Source of the DNA: Pecten maximus
Taxonomy: Eukaryota
Length of the DNA: 64,000 nucleotides
Direction of reading: 5' to 3'
Assembly: GCF_902652985.1 (NCBI RefSeq)
Contig: NC_047024.1
Span: forward strand, 29,946,001 to 30,010,000
Shown: in pieces, positions 37,666-50,673 of the stretch
Position numbering within the stretch: position 1 is the stretch's first letter
How the letters are laid out: the number at the start of each line of letters is the position of its first letter
Notes under the pieces: model-generated
Seen by the model: only the letters and a program-made list of their open reading frames with translations
What the model was told of the DNA's origin: nothing
Database searches by the model: none
Program-made: the position numbers and the translations under genes

Positions 37666-38124
37666 TTTTACATTTCTATACAATCTTCTGAGACTATTTT
37701 AAAATTGTTCACTCCTATTTCACATACTGTATTCAAATTTCTGTAATAAATTTTTGATATAACTACATGTAAATAATTCTTGTTTCTTTTAAGATTTTGT
37801 CTTAAAATCTCATTTCACTGGACAATTTAATCTGACATTAAGCAGTAACATGACCATTTTCTCCATAAGGAAAATCAAATTGCAATTTGCTCATCGTAAC
37901 ACTAGAAGAAACTTGTTCATATTTTCTTATTGTGAAACATTTTATGCCTTAGTTTGATATAAACACGTTTTGATATGTGACAATGAGGGAGTATTTGGAT
38001 CTTGTGTACATGTTCATATTCCTGCAGCTGTATATTGTAATTTGTACTTCTCAGATGCTTCATATTGCAAACACTGGCCGATATCAAACATGACATTAAT
38101 TATATATTACGGTAAAATATGTCA

Positions 38125-39728
38125 GTCTGCTATCTCAGCTTTTGTGAATTCCTCCCATTTCAAACACTGAAATAGCTCATCTGAATTCCTCCTGGTTCCT
38201 ACACTTAATTAGCTCTTGTGAATAGCTCCCAGTTCATACACAGAGTTAGCTTTTGTAAATTCCTTCCGGTTCAACATTAAATCAGCTCTTGTGAATTCCT
38301 CCAGGTTCATACACTGAATTAGCATTTGTATATAATGTGCTTCCTGGTTCATACACTGCGTTAGCTTTTGTGAATTCCACCTGTTTCATACACTGAGTTA
38401 GCTCTTTTGAATAGCTCCCAGTTCATACACTGCATAAGCTCTTTTGAATTCTTCCTGGATCATACACTAAATCACCTTTTATGAATTCTTCCCGGTTCAT
38501 ACGTTTTTTTCTAGCTCTTGTGAATTCCTCCCGGTTTAAACACTGAATTACCTCTTGTGAATTTTCTCCCTTTCATATGCTGTTGTAGCTCTCATACATT
38601 CCCTGGTTCATATGCTGAATTAGCTCTTGTGAATAGCTTCTAGTTCATACACTGAGTTAGTTCTTGTGAATTCCTTCCAGTTCATACACTAAAACAACTA
38701 TTGTGAATTCCTTCTAGTCCATACACTGAATTCGCTCTTATGAATTACTCCCGTTTCATACACTGAGTTAGCACTTGAGAACTCCTCCTGATTCATGCAC
38801 TGAATTAGCTTTTGTGAATTCCTCCTGATTGATACACTGTGAATTAGCTTTTGTGAATTCCTCTCAGTTCATACGCCGCATAAGCTGTTGTGAATAACTC
38901 CCAGTTCATACACACTAAGAATTCCTCCCGGTTCTCCTCCCGGTTCTCCTCCCGGTTCATACATTGAATAAGCTCCTGTTAATCATACACTGAATTAGCT
39001 CATGTGAATTCCTCCCGGTTTTTACGCTGAATTAGCTCTTGTGAATCTTCCTGGTTCATACACTGAATAAGCTTTTGTGAATTCCTCCCGGTTTAAACAC
39101 AAAATTACCTCTTGTGAATTCTTCCTGGATCAGACACTGAATCAGCTCTATTAAATTTCTCCTGGTTCATAACGAAATCAGCTCATGTGAATCTCTCCCG
39201 GTTCATACGCTGAATTAGCCATTGTGAATAGCTCTCGGTTCATACACACAAAGTTAGCTCATGTGAATTCCTCCCGGTTCATACATTGAATAAGCTCCTG
39301 TTAATCATACACTGAATTAGCTCATGTTAATTCCTCCCGGTTCATACATTGAATAAGCTCCGGTTAATCATACACTGAATTAGCTCATCTTAATTCCTCC
39401 CGGTTCATACGCTGAATTAGCTCTTATGAATTCTTCCCGGTTCATACACTGAATAAGATTTTGGGAATGTCCCCTGGTTTATACACTGAATTAGCATCTT
39501 GTGAATTCCTCCTGGTTAATACACTGAATTTGCTCATGTGAATTGCTCCCTGTTCACACACTGAATTAGCGCTTGATCTTTCCTCCTGATTCATATACTG
39601 AATTACCTTTTGTGAATTCCTCCCGGTTGATACCTGAATTAGCTTTTGCGAATTCCGCCCTTATTTTTCTTCCAGAAAATACACTGAATAAGCTCTTGTG
39701 AATTTCTCCCGGTTCATACACTGAATTA
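38125..39728. repeat. 37-bp minisatellite, ~43 copies
   Basis: Consensus TTCATACACTGAATTAGCTCTTGTGAATTCCTCCCGG. Confidence 0.92.
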
Positions 39729-40429
39729 TTTGATCAATTTCTGCAATAAATATGGCATGTTGAAAGCAATTTGATCTTTTTGTTTAAATAGAATTAGAAT
39801 GACTTTAAATGATTCCAAAAAGTCTGATAACAAAGCAGATTTTAAAAGCTATCCACTACAATGATTGTACATTATAACTTAGTCCTACATATAGTTCGTT
39901 CAACTAAATAAAACTAAAGGATTTTAAAGTCGTGTTGATGTAGGAATGGATACTATAAATTGGCGAGGACGTGTACTGTTGAGAATTGTGTTTGCTCCAG
40001 TTAACGTAAGCATACGAAATGTAGGTTAAGTAAACGGTAATGGTTATTAAGCTAGACAAGTATCATCAGCTTGAGCCCTGGTGAAGTAGCCTGTTTGTCC
40101 ATTTCTTTGTCATTGCAACATGTTTACATGCATGTATTTGAGTACACATTTTACAGAGCGGTTTTGTTATGAACCTAACATTACACATCATTCTGAACAA
40201 ATTTAAACCTAGTTGATTTGAATGCAAGCCAAAATAAAAAGGTAGTTCCCCCTGAATATTTAACTTCCGCATTGGTTATGTTGGACTCATTTAGTTTATG
40301 TTTGACGACTGGGCTAGTGAGATCGGTTTGAGTTAAGCTCGATTGATGGACAGGTAAAAAATTTTCGTATTTGTGTGTCGAACATGGAAAATTATTTTAA
40401 AATCATCGCGTACTTGTAGATGGACGATG

Positions 40430-40600
40430 TGTCTAGTTTTTATGAGTTTAGATATCATATTGTTTTTATAAGTCTTAGATATCATTGTTTTTATGAGGTT
40501 AGATATGATATTGTTTTGTTGAGTCTAGATATTGTATTTGTTTTCTTGAGTCTAGATATTGTGTTGTTTTTATGAGACTTGATAACGTATTGTTATTTTA
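40430..40600. repeat. ~27-30-bp minisatellite, 5-6 copies
   Basis: GAGTCTAGATAT...ATTGTTTTTAT repeated. Confidence 0.7.
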
Positions 40601-43600
40601 AATTTTTCGCTAAACAATATGTTTGTTATGTATGACTGTTTTTCACTTTGATTTTAATATAAAGCTGTATACATCTGTTAGCAAAGCTAATGTGAGGTAT
40701 TATTAATGATTCAATTTAATTGATACATACCATTGTTATAAGACGACCAGATACATTAGTATTGTCATTCAATGGGCTATTGGACACGTGGGACTATTTT
40801 AGGCATCTTATGAATGACAGAATTGCTTAATGGTTATACTTAAAAATTCATGTGAATATAATTCAAATATATATTAATGATAGATATATTTAAACTTAGT
40901 CAATAGTACCGATCCCTGTTTACCTCTGTATACCATAGTGACACAAGCGGTTACGTGAACAACATGAATTTATATCTATTGTATGGAAATATGGGATAGA
41001 CTAGATCGTATCATTTTGTAGTAGACAAAGGTATTAGAAAGACCATAGAGAAAAAGAATAAGATTTCGAAATGTTTCAATATCGGTTTCATATAATACTA
41101 ACACGTGGATTTGTATTGTATAACTAGTAATCACGTACAGGAGTGTTTACACACCCAGCTATTTATGGAATACCTGGTATACAGGGGTATCCTGTGTGTA
41201 TTGATCGGCTTTTACATTGACGGTTATCTAGACGGTACAATTTATTATGTGCGATAACTTTGAGGAAGTTGATAAGATAAAGTTGAACTGACCAATCAAA
41301 TCAACCCGGTACTCAGTAATGTAGTAGACCAGTAAATCATGTTTGAAGCTTTGGGGCATTGGTAGTTTTATGTTATGTAACATGTATTGAATCATTTCTC
41401 CGTATTTATTAACGTAATGGGTAGTCGTAATAGACAGTTGTTTACCCAACTCTGAAGTGATGAAGTGATTAAATTTAAGATAATTCTTCAGGCAGAGGCA
41501 TTTTTTTCTTTTATATTTGTTTTGTTTCTTATACGAAATTGCTTTTAACATGTTATCAATTATATGAATACTCTTAATACATTTTGTATATTTACGCTTC
41601 AACTATATCTTTAAATGCTATATTTAAATCCCACGCATAGGGATTAATATTGATTATCCTGACAAATTTCTATGACATCAAAACTCAAGCTTTGTAGCCC
41701 TGTATCTTTAATTGATTCAGTCATTTGTACTTTTTAAGATAATACTTTGTGAAAAACAGTATACAGCTTGTGCTTGATCTGTGTGTTTACAGTGTAATAG
41801 ATTGATGCAATCTTTACATTTGGTTATACAACTTCCCGAAGGGTGTGTAATTAGCACATGGAATGCACTTCGATGTATCATTATTGCTATCATTTCCTTC
41901 TTGTGTATTTCTTTCATTGGTGCATATACCAGGGAGCAGGATGTAACAGAACATCCGTGTTGAGTTGTGTTGTCAGTTTATTGTATATATAAATACATTC
42001 TGAACTCGGATATAATCTGCATATAGCATTATATAAACTTCGGTATCGGAATAAATTCGCGAATGTCTGAATTATTCACCGTCGTTTCCCCCGGCGATGA
42101 TACAAGCTTTCAACTAGGCCATTTCATTAGTTTCATTAGTCCTTTATAGTAACGTTCTATTTTAAAGGTACATGTTGATTGGCTATATCGTGTATACATA
42201 GTGTCACCAGGTATAACACATTGGTAAATAAGAGAATGGTACATGTACCTTTAAGAGGGCGTTAAATAATAAACAAAATAATGCATCACGCAGCTTTCTT
42301 TCTTCTAGGACCCGTCAATCATTATATATAATTACCATATCCTTATAAGCGCACTTTTCGTTTACAATAACACAAACGTGCTTAATACTAAAATCATGTA
42401 CAGGGAAAAGTGTTCTTTTGAAATCTGGATGGAAAAACAGCTTTTACCTTTTCAATTACACACCCGTAGCGAAAAAAATCCAAAAGACTGAAGGTTATAT
42501 TGCAGATCAGTTAGGCATGGAGCATTATATATGTTTCAAATAGCGCAACTATTCTCTTCTGAAAAGAAGGCGGGATGCGCTTACAGGGGCACAAGCGCTT
42601 TATCACATTAAAAACGGTATATAAAACCAATGTGTCGGAATTCAAATGTTATAGGCAGCTCAAAATAGGCCTAGGCGATGGTTTTTCAATCTGGTCGTAT
42701 GACGTCATTGTAAGATGTTTTTGAATGACGTTTTCACAACTTTTAAAAACACTTTTTGGTAACGTCTTAGAATTGATTTTTATTTGATTTACATGAAATT
42801 GTATCACTGTTGTGTTTCAATACCCTAAACTCGGTGTGGTTTTATTCATTTAGATTGCGGACTCTTGGTAAATCACGAGCATACTTTTGTTTACCTGAAA
42901 GTAAATTAATCTGTTTTCATGTAACTTGGACTTGAGCAAAAAAGGTATGACCTCTCCCTAATATATATATAGCATTTGTTTTGTATATACTTCCTTGTTT
43001 TAAATTCAAAACTCTTCTGTAAGAAAAACTACACTGTAGGTTGTATAGGTAGACTTGAACTTCCTGGTTCTTTTTACATACATATACCTATCTTGTCATA
43101 CGTATTTAAAATAAAGGTAGTAACGTGTCACTGAACACTGTATACTTTACCTATATGACAACAATAAATCCCACTGATCCAAGGTATACTGCATCGGTTG
43201 ATCATTTTTGGCAATTGCTTTGATTTTATTTGCTATGATGATTATCATTTTGTACAAGGTATGTTTTGAAAGACCGTGTATGTATTTTCTTTTATGAGAG
43301 TTTTTGTACAAGTTGTATCATTCTCTGAATGTTGTTTTGGCGTCCGTGTTCATTGCTAACGTTTACTTCACTGCCAGGTTTAGATCTGTGTTAATTGGCG
43401 GGAGGTTCACCACTATTAGAGTTTAAACTAACCATACTTTGGATGCTTTAAAGGTTTACATATATCTGTATATTGGTTGAGATATTCTATGGACAATGAA
43501 TAAGATGACCTGTCGCATTTGGAAATTTTACATGGGATATTCGTGTTTCGTGGGGATTGTATTTTATTTGAGGTATTCCCATCTTTATCGAGAACCACAC

Positions 43601-44159
43601 TAATTTCCATTTACTTTAAGGCGGATGTTTTCAGTTTTGTGACCGACATATATGAGCATGTTACCATGGTATGGTTTTTGTTTGATGTATATTTAACACC
43701 TTATAGAAACTAATTTTTTTTTTTTTTTAAATAGTAGCTATTTATTAGATTTAATATGCTTTTTGATAGTACGGCCAGTAACGTTATCATTAGATATATT
43801 TATTTTGACGCAATGGAATTTTAGCACGTAACTGAATTTAAACAGCTTATTATGGTGAATTTTCGCATCCACAATACATGTCATACAAAACAACAAACGG
43901 AAACTATAATTAAGGCAAACATCACTGGTATTTAGGCGGAATACTTTCAGTGGGAAAAGGCTGAATAATTGCCTTGTTTGTAATTCAGTAATTGGTAGGC
44001 CTATATGTTAACTTTCTATAAGTCGCTGTCACACATATATTGCGTTGTATATGTAATGCTAGTAGACCTGTGGATTATATTATTCGGTTATGTACATATA
44101 ATTTGTGCAATGGCGCGTTGATCATTTAAAACTTCCTGGTTCAACATTTTTGTATTACT

Positions 44160-44350
44160 GGGGTGACCCAGTGGTAAAACACTCGCCTTTCATGTAGATG
44201 GCCGGGGTTCGATTCCACGTGCGGACGCGAAAAGGTTTTGGGGTCATCTGCCCGACCATAGTTTTCTCCGGGTACTTCGATTTCCTACCCCATCGCGCTC
44301 TTCCATCCGGTCAAACAAGAGGAATTGATATTAGTTGACATAACTTGTTG
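44160..44350 (+). mobile_element. Old tRNA-derived V-SINE copy
   Basis: A-box TGACCCAGTGG, B-box GGTTCGATTCC, V-like GTTTTCTCCGGGTACTTCGATTTCCT. Confidence 0.7.
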
Positions 44351-44595
44351 CCTTTTTACATGGAAGCAGAACACTTAAATACTTACGGGTTGGGTTCCAT
44401 GTCAACCCATCATATGAATGTGTTTCTGCTACTTTCTTATAATGGATATTGTATCATACCTTGTGTAGGCTAATAGCACCAATACATGGACACAAACTAA
44501 AACAACCCCATAAGTTCATGTCAAAATGGCATTGATTGTGATCCCAATTTTATTTAAACTAAATCATCAACTATTCCATTTCAGACACAGTCAAG

Positions 44596-44655
44596 ATGAA
44601 GTTATCCAGTTCACTGCGAGAAGTTCCCACTTCCCGTTTGCTCACAATGATGTGA
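44596..44655 (+). promoter_or_regulatory. uORF (19 aa) ending 5 nt before the TRAF6 start codon
   Basis: After acceptor TTCCATTTCAG|44585: ATG AAG TTA...ATG ATG TGA (MKLSSSLREVPTSRLLTMM*), out of frame with ATG 44661. Confidence 0.55.
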
Positions 44656-44660
44656 AATTC

Positions 44661-45031
44661 ATGGGTGATTTCGATGACAGTAATAATTCACCAGAGAGGG
44701 AGCATCATGATTCATCACCTGCTCTTTCTTGGTCGCAAAACGTTTCTGGTGTGAACACTGATACCAGTTATGACCGAAACAGTGACCACACGAGTCGGCA
44801 GAACTATTTTTCACAAGTGCACAGGTCCGGCCAAATGGCCACCGGAAGCGGAAGCGATTGTAGTTCTGGATTTCATTTTAATCAAAGCCGAGAGGAAGGC
44901 TACGACTTCGAATTTGTTTTACCGCGTGAGGACAAATATGACTGTCCAATCTGTTTGTTAGTTCTAAGAGATCCATACCAGACGGAATGCGGGCACAGAT
45001 TTTGTCAAAACTGTATTAAACGATGGCTCAG
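44661..45031 (+). CDS. TRAF6: TRAF6 coding exon 1 (N-terminus and RING finger)
   Basis: EGYDFEFV...KYDCPICLLVLRDPYQTECGHRFCQNCIKRWL is the TRAF6 RING; donor AG|GTTGGT, phase 2. The start ATG is inferred (the frame is open back to the acceptor at 44585). Confidence 0.92.
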
Positions 45032-45761
45032 GTTGGTGTTTCTGATACTTGAGTACTTGCACTGATCGGCCAAATGATTTTAAAAAAGAAAAAAAATGCC
45101 TTAAAATGAGTATTAAGATATAATGTTAAAATCACTGGTCATTTCAGTATATAGCACATATATGTTTCAGAATATCCAGGATTTGAACACATACACAACA
45201 TATCTAACGCACAGTACAGTTTCCATAAGTCACCATATTTAATCGAAAATTACCCTTTGCGAAACACGACACCTGGGTCGATGTCAAAGTCAATCTTTTT
45301 GAATAAGTTCGTGAATTTTCACATTAGGATATGGGCTTGCAATGCAGTGTTGTGTGCGGTTAAGGTGACCGAAATATTTCAATAGGATACATTTATTCTC
45401 AGATATTCTGTAATGTTTTCTAAATTGAATGCTGTAACTGAAAAAAACTAGCATGGAAGTTGTATCGTATCCTATATGACGATGTGTCAATGGTATACAC
45501 ACCGTGTTTCCATGTTTGCCGAAATAACATGTTATATATAACCGAATTATCATTACATGTAAACCAGGTACAATTGGAATTAACTAAAACTTCACCAGTG
45601 ATTGCCAAACGTTACATACAAGTACCTTTTGGGATGACATTGATTCACATATAAGAGATTGTCTTGTACCGATTGATGACACCCTTAATTGTTACCTAAA
45701 TTTGGCTAGATTCAGATGTAAAAAAATTGTTGCCATATAAACTTAACTTAATGTTCCTTAA

Positions 45762-46260
45762 AGGGATCCGATTGTCGGTGCAATATTTTGTCTTCTTACA
45801 TAACTATCCTTTAGCTTACAACACACTTGTGCTTGGTCATTCTTAAATACTCATCAGAGCTGTGATTGACTTTATGTTCCCATTGTGCAATCGTGACATC
45901 ACAATCACATTACGTCACATGCAGTGACATTAAAAAGAGTTCCAATTCAATTTTGACTATGCGTTTATATCATACTTCAGTCAGCTTTACTTCATAATAG
46001 AAATAATGGCCAAGTCAAGCGAATAACGTAAACGTGATACAATCGTTTTAACTGAATACACAAATAATCTAAATTTCAGTTGTTAGTAGTAGGTCTGGTT
46101 ACTTCGATTGAAAAGATGCACATAACTCTCAAACGTGTAAAGATGCGTAACGTCCCAACGTGTAACCATCTACTGAACATATGATATTGACTACCTAGTT
46201 AGAGTTGTATTTGATTTAAATGCCGGATATTTAATGTGCACATTTGTCACCGGACTCCTT
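45762..46260. mobile_element. Possible TTAA-type MITE in a TRAF6 intron
   Basis: TTAAAGGGATCCGATTG ... CACCGGACTCCTTTA form degenerate inverted termini. Confidence 0.35.
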
Positions 46261-47311
46261 TATTCGAAATATGAATACACTAGCATAGATTGTATAGTTG
46301 CATTAGAACAACTATCAACACTTCCCGGTAGAGAAATAGAACGTAGGTGATTTAAATCTTCCTGGTTCAGAACTGACTGTAAACAATTACATAATCCAAG
46401 TAACATTAATGTGTTGGATATATCTGCTGCATGTTCTCAAGGAAAGCCCAGTCAATTGTTCATATATCTAGTCGGATGTGTTATTATTTAATAATTTATT
46501 TGACTCGTAAACGGGGCCATTACTAAGACAATGTTGTATGACAACTAATGAGAATTCAAGATGTCGTCTGCTAGATAAGACCTGCCGACGCTTTGTTAAC
46601 GTTCAGAACTGCCATTGTAACGGTTTTTTATGAGTAGCAATATATTGATTTTACTGCTTCAAACTATATTTTTATTATTATTCCGTTATTATCACACTTG
46701 AGTGTTAAATTAGCGAATAATTATCACAATTGTGAGAGCGATGTTTTTACATGCCGAATTTTACAAATCTTAAAACCCTTAAATCCAAATGTTGATATAA
46801 TGTTCTGATACTTGTAGCATTTCAAGTCAAGGTCACAATTTAAGAAAAAGAACAGAGAATCCACGATATACTGTTGGATATCGGGTATATATAGGGTATC
46901 TATTTTTGGACACATGGCAACTATTGATTCCATCTGTGTTGAGCAGGACCCAGCAGTATCTTTATAATGCGTAGTGTTGATAGTGAAAATGTCCCGACAT
47001 GTCGTCTACATTTTTCAGATTAATCACAATAAGGAGATGTCTTTTCTTAGAAACATATCCTAGATTTCAGCCACCTGTATAGTATCTATACTTTGTGGTT
47101 GCAATGACCTGAGGCTGCCTACTTGTTGACCAGTTTATTGGTAAATTGTAAGTTTGTTAGTGCTCTTGATCATCAGTGACACACAATATAATTGAAACTT
47201 TCAACGTAAAAATGTAGTTTTAAGTTTCATGCTATACTCTAATAGGAGGGTTAACTTTGATTCAAAAGGTATTATGTGTATCTAACGTATGCTTGACGTT
47301 GTTGTTGCCAG

Positions 47312-47474
47312 GGAGACGGAAGCTGAACCACGCTGCCCAGTTGACAATGCCCCTTTGGGCGAAGGCCAAATATTCCCTGATAATTTTGCCAAACGAGAAA
47401 TCCTAGCTTTATTAGTAAAATGTCCCAATCATAAGGATGGCTGTGATACCCAGGTGGTTCTGAAACAACTTCAG
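47312..47474 (+). CDS. TRAF6: TRAF6 coding exon 2 (end of RING, zinc finger 1)
   Basis: CCAG|G; RCPVDN...[18 protein letters not shown]...GC; CAG|GTACTG. Confidence 0.95.
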
Positions 47475-47750
47475 GTACTGATTTAGACTCCTGATCACCA
47501 GTTGTATTTTAAGTGTTCACATCATTAGTATACCTTTATCATTATCGAATCTGTCATCTTTGTTAAAATTTTCCTTATAATAGCATATTCAGATTATTGT
47601 CCATCTAGCTCAAAATAATACAGCAGAACAGCTTGTGTTGTTTCTGTGTTGTTAGGTTAACCGCAAAAAATCATCAACTACTGTATGAATCGTCGAAGAC
47701 ACACGTTAATGTATAACTACAGTTCACAAATAAAATGGATTTTTTTTCAG

Positions 47751-47912
47751 AAACACCTGGAAAAATGTGAATTTGCGTGCATCCCCTGTCCAAACCGATG
47801 TAGCCATATTCTGCTCAGAAAAGACCTTACTAACCATTTAGAGGAAGTTTGCCACTTACGTATGGTAAAATGCCCCACTTGTCATACCGAATTACAGGCA
47901 GAATATTTACAG
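47751..47912 (+). CDS. TRAF6: TRAF6 coding exon 3 (TRAF zinc fingers)
   Basis: TTTCAG|; KHLEKCEFACIPCPNRC...HLEEVCHLRMVKCPTC; CAG|GTAATT; 162 nt. Confidence 0.95.
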
Positions 47913-48447
47913 GTAATTCAGACAAAGAAACTATACATGCTTCCTTTCATTTGTATCAAGGCTAGCTAGACGCCATAGAATTATCGCTGATAAAAATTAT
48001 TTAGTCATAAATTCTAAAATTTGTTTCGATGCCCTATTTATGGCGTACATGCATTTTCTTTTTTTGTCGATTAGAGGCTATATATACTTGCTGAAATTTG
48101 TTTAATTTGTTTGGGGAATGATGGTTTGATGTCGTAATTTTGATAAGTATTATAGATAACACAGGGTAAAACATGTAAAGGACAACTCAACCAAACAAGA
48201 GTTATTCTCATGAAATGAACAACTTTTAAATACTAGGTACATATTTGGTAAATGGTTCGATAAACGAGCTGTCCAAACCTGTGATATTTCAGTTTTACAA
48301 ATAAGCCATGACCTTATTTTATATAGAATTTATGTTTTTCAATTCTTCACGATGTACTACATGGTTAAAATCTCGTTATATACATTTGATACTAAATTTG
48401 TTGCTGATGACTGGACAATTGAAGAGGTTTTCATTTTATATCTTCAG

Positions 48448-48522
48448 GACCACGTAGATATATGTCCGTTGGCAAACGTTCAATGCCAGTTTTGTGGAAA
48501 CGATGGATTGATTCGAGAACAG
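48448..48522 (+). CDS. TRAF6: TRAF6 coding exon 4 (zinc finger)
   Basis: TCTTCAG|; DHVDICPLANVQCQFCGNDGLIREQ; CAG|GTATGC; 75 nt. Confidence 0.93.
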
Positions 48523-48572
48523 GTATGCTATATTTTATTCATACTGATCATCTTTAGTATTGTTATGGTTTG

Positions 48573-48845
48573 AGTCTGGCGAAATACATAACATCGAGAA
48601 CTTGTTACGGATTGTCTGGAGAAATAAACAATATCGAAAACTCGTTACGGAGTGTCTGGAGAAATAAACACTATCAAGAACTCGTTACGGATTGTCTGGA
48701 GAAATAAACACTATCGAGAACTCGTTACGGATTGTCTGGAGAGATAAACAATACCGAAAACTCGTTACGAGTGTCTGCAGAAATAAACAATATCGAGACA
48801 TCATTCCGGATTGTCTGGCCAAGTAAACAATATCGAGAACTCATG
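48573..48845. repeat. 40-bp intronic minisatellite, ~7 copies
   Basis: GTCTGGAGAAATAAACAATATCGAGAACTCGTTACGGATT, period 40 (48614, 48654, ...). Confidence 0.92.
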
Positions 48846-49895
48846 ACGTATTTTACTATACCCATTATTTATTTATAAAACTATCAAAATGCTTTTAAAA
48901 TGTACATCAAATATTTACAATTATATCAATAGATAAGTAACATAGGAAACAGAAATCCAGTTGTCTGTCACTTTATCATAACTAAACAAAACGAACATAT
49001 GGCCAAGACGAAGTTCGCCACTCCAGAAACACGAGAAAGTTAATTGAAAGCAAAACGTTGCGTGATATGATGAAGTAAAAATTCATGAAAACCAGGAACC
49101 GTAACGAATTGACATTAGACAAAATTTAACGAAAGGTACTGATATTTTTATTTGACTACAAAACCTCAATCATAACTGCACGTTTTAATGAAATGAAACT
49201 AGCGAATAGAACCCCATCACATCGTTACAAATTTAAATGAATAACAGAATTCAAATCTCACGACTCGCTACGAAGAAGCGACAGGAAATGAAATAAAAAT
49301 TAAATTTACATTAGGATATGGGAGAAAAAGTGAAGTTACTATTGTCTGTAAAACTGTTTAGGGCTGTAAATTTGATATAAGGAAACTGCAAAGAGTTCTA
49401 AAAGAGAAATGTTGCCATGTTAAAAGCTTATTATTAATCTTACTATTAACAGTAACCATAGTAGATTACAATAGAAAATATTGCAGAAACGTAAATGATA
49501 ATAAGAGATAAAGATACTGACTGAGTGAAGTTGTAATCGAATAAACGGAACAGGATTCAATTAAGAACGATATCAATCTGTAATGCTACATTATGATGGA
49601 AAATGCAATAAAGCCATGCTACCAAATCGTTTTCGTGATATATAAGGCCATTGTTTCGATATATTAAGATACAAGTGATTATAAGTTAACTATCCGGTGA
49701 TGTGTTTTGGAAGCGTGCATAATGCAAATGTTACGTTCTATGCTATTCAAAGTTATCCAGATCATACTATAAAACATTCTAATGACTTTCATTAGGATCT
49801 GATTAATCTAGCAATATATATTGTGACACTGTTTGTTTTTACTGTTGCCCATATCCTGTGTCAAAATTGTTTATTTCCATTTTGTTTTGTTATAG

Positions 49896-49973
49896 CTTCA
49901 AAGACACCTTAACAATGACTGTCCTAAGGCGGTCATCGATTGTGACTTTAAAGAGCTGGGCTGTAAGGAAACG
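49896..49973 (+). CDS. TRAF6: TRAF6 coding exon 5 (zinc finger; not in the supplied ORF track)
   Basis: TTGTTATAG|; LQRHLNNDCPKAVIDCDFKELGCKET; ACG|GTAGGT; 78 nt, phase 0. Confidence 0.92.
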
Positions 49974-50673
49974 GTAGGTTTATACAGAAATTGTTTATTT
50001 AGTAGTCTTATGATAATGGGTATCTGCTTTTTCCGATTTCTATGTGTTACGTGCACGACATAAGGAACCATTTTCGTTTGTACATAATTCGTTTAGCTCA
50101 AAATTCTATCGAAGTTAATATACATTAACAATATGTCGCTGTGATGGATAAAACGGTGTAAAAATTAGTCTCATTCATATATACCAACGTTACTAAAATT
50201 TAAAAACTTCACTTGTATATTCATATTTTATAAAGCACTATTAAAGTTCCCTTTTCCGGTAAAATTAAAAGCCATGATTAAGGGTATTATATTATATGAG
50301 ATTGTTATCACAGTGATTTCACTCGATGAACAAAATAAATGAATTCAAAAAGAAAAAAAGGATTATATCCTTCATTATGTTCATTGTTCAATTTACAAGC
50401 ACGAGATATTCTATTAATTCTCGTACGCTTATTTCCTTGCTTTTCAAATACTTGCAAGGCGGGTGGGGTTAGTATAGGAAATAAATTGAATTCTACATAA
50501 GCGCCACAAACTTGTGAATGTGAGACTGGCATTATTCTAGTTTAATCATTATATCTTTATGTTTGAATATATTTTGTAGTATCCACTTATTTTGTGAACA
50601 GCCCTAATAACTAATGGATGATTATGTATACAATAGCTAACTTTTTAAAGGATTAATTATGATTAAATTATAG

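Noticed and set aside
38125-39728. CRISPR-like 37-bp repeats or another ribozyme array
   Set aside because: Head-to-tail units without unique spacers; no CUGANGA/GAAA core on either strand.
44526-44584. ATG 44526 as the TRAF6 start
   Set aside because: Lies upstream of a good splice acceptor (TTCCATTTCAG at 44584), so probably intronic.
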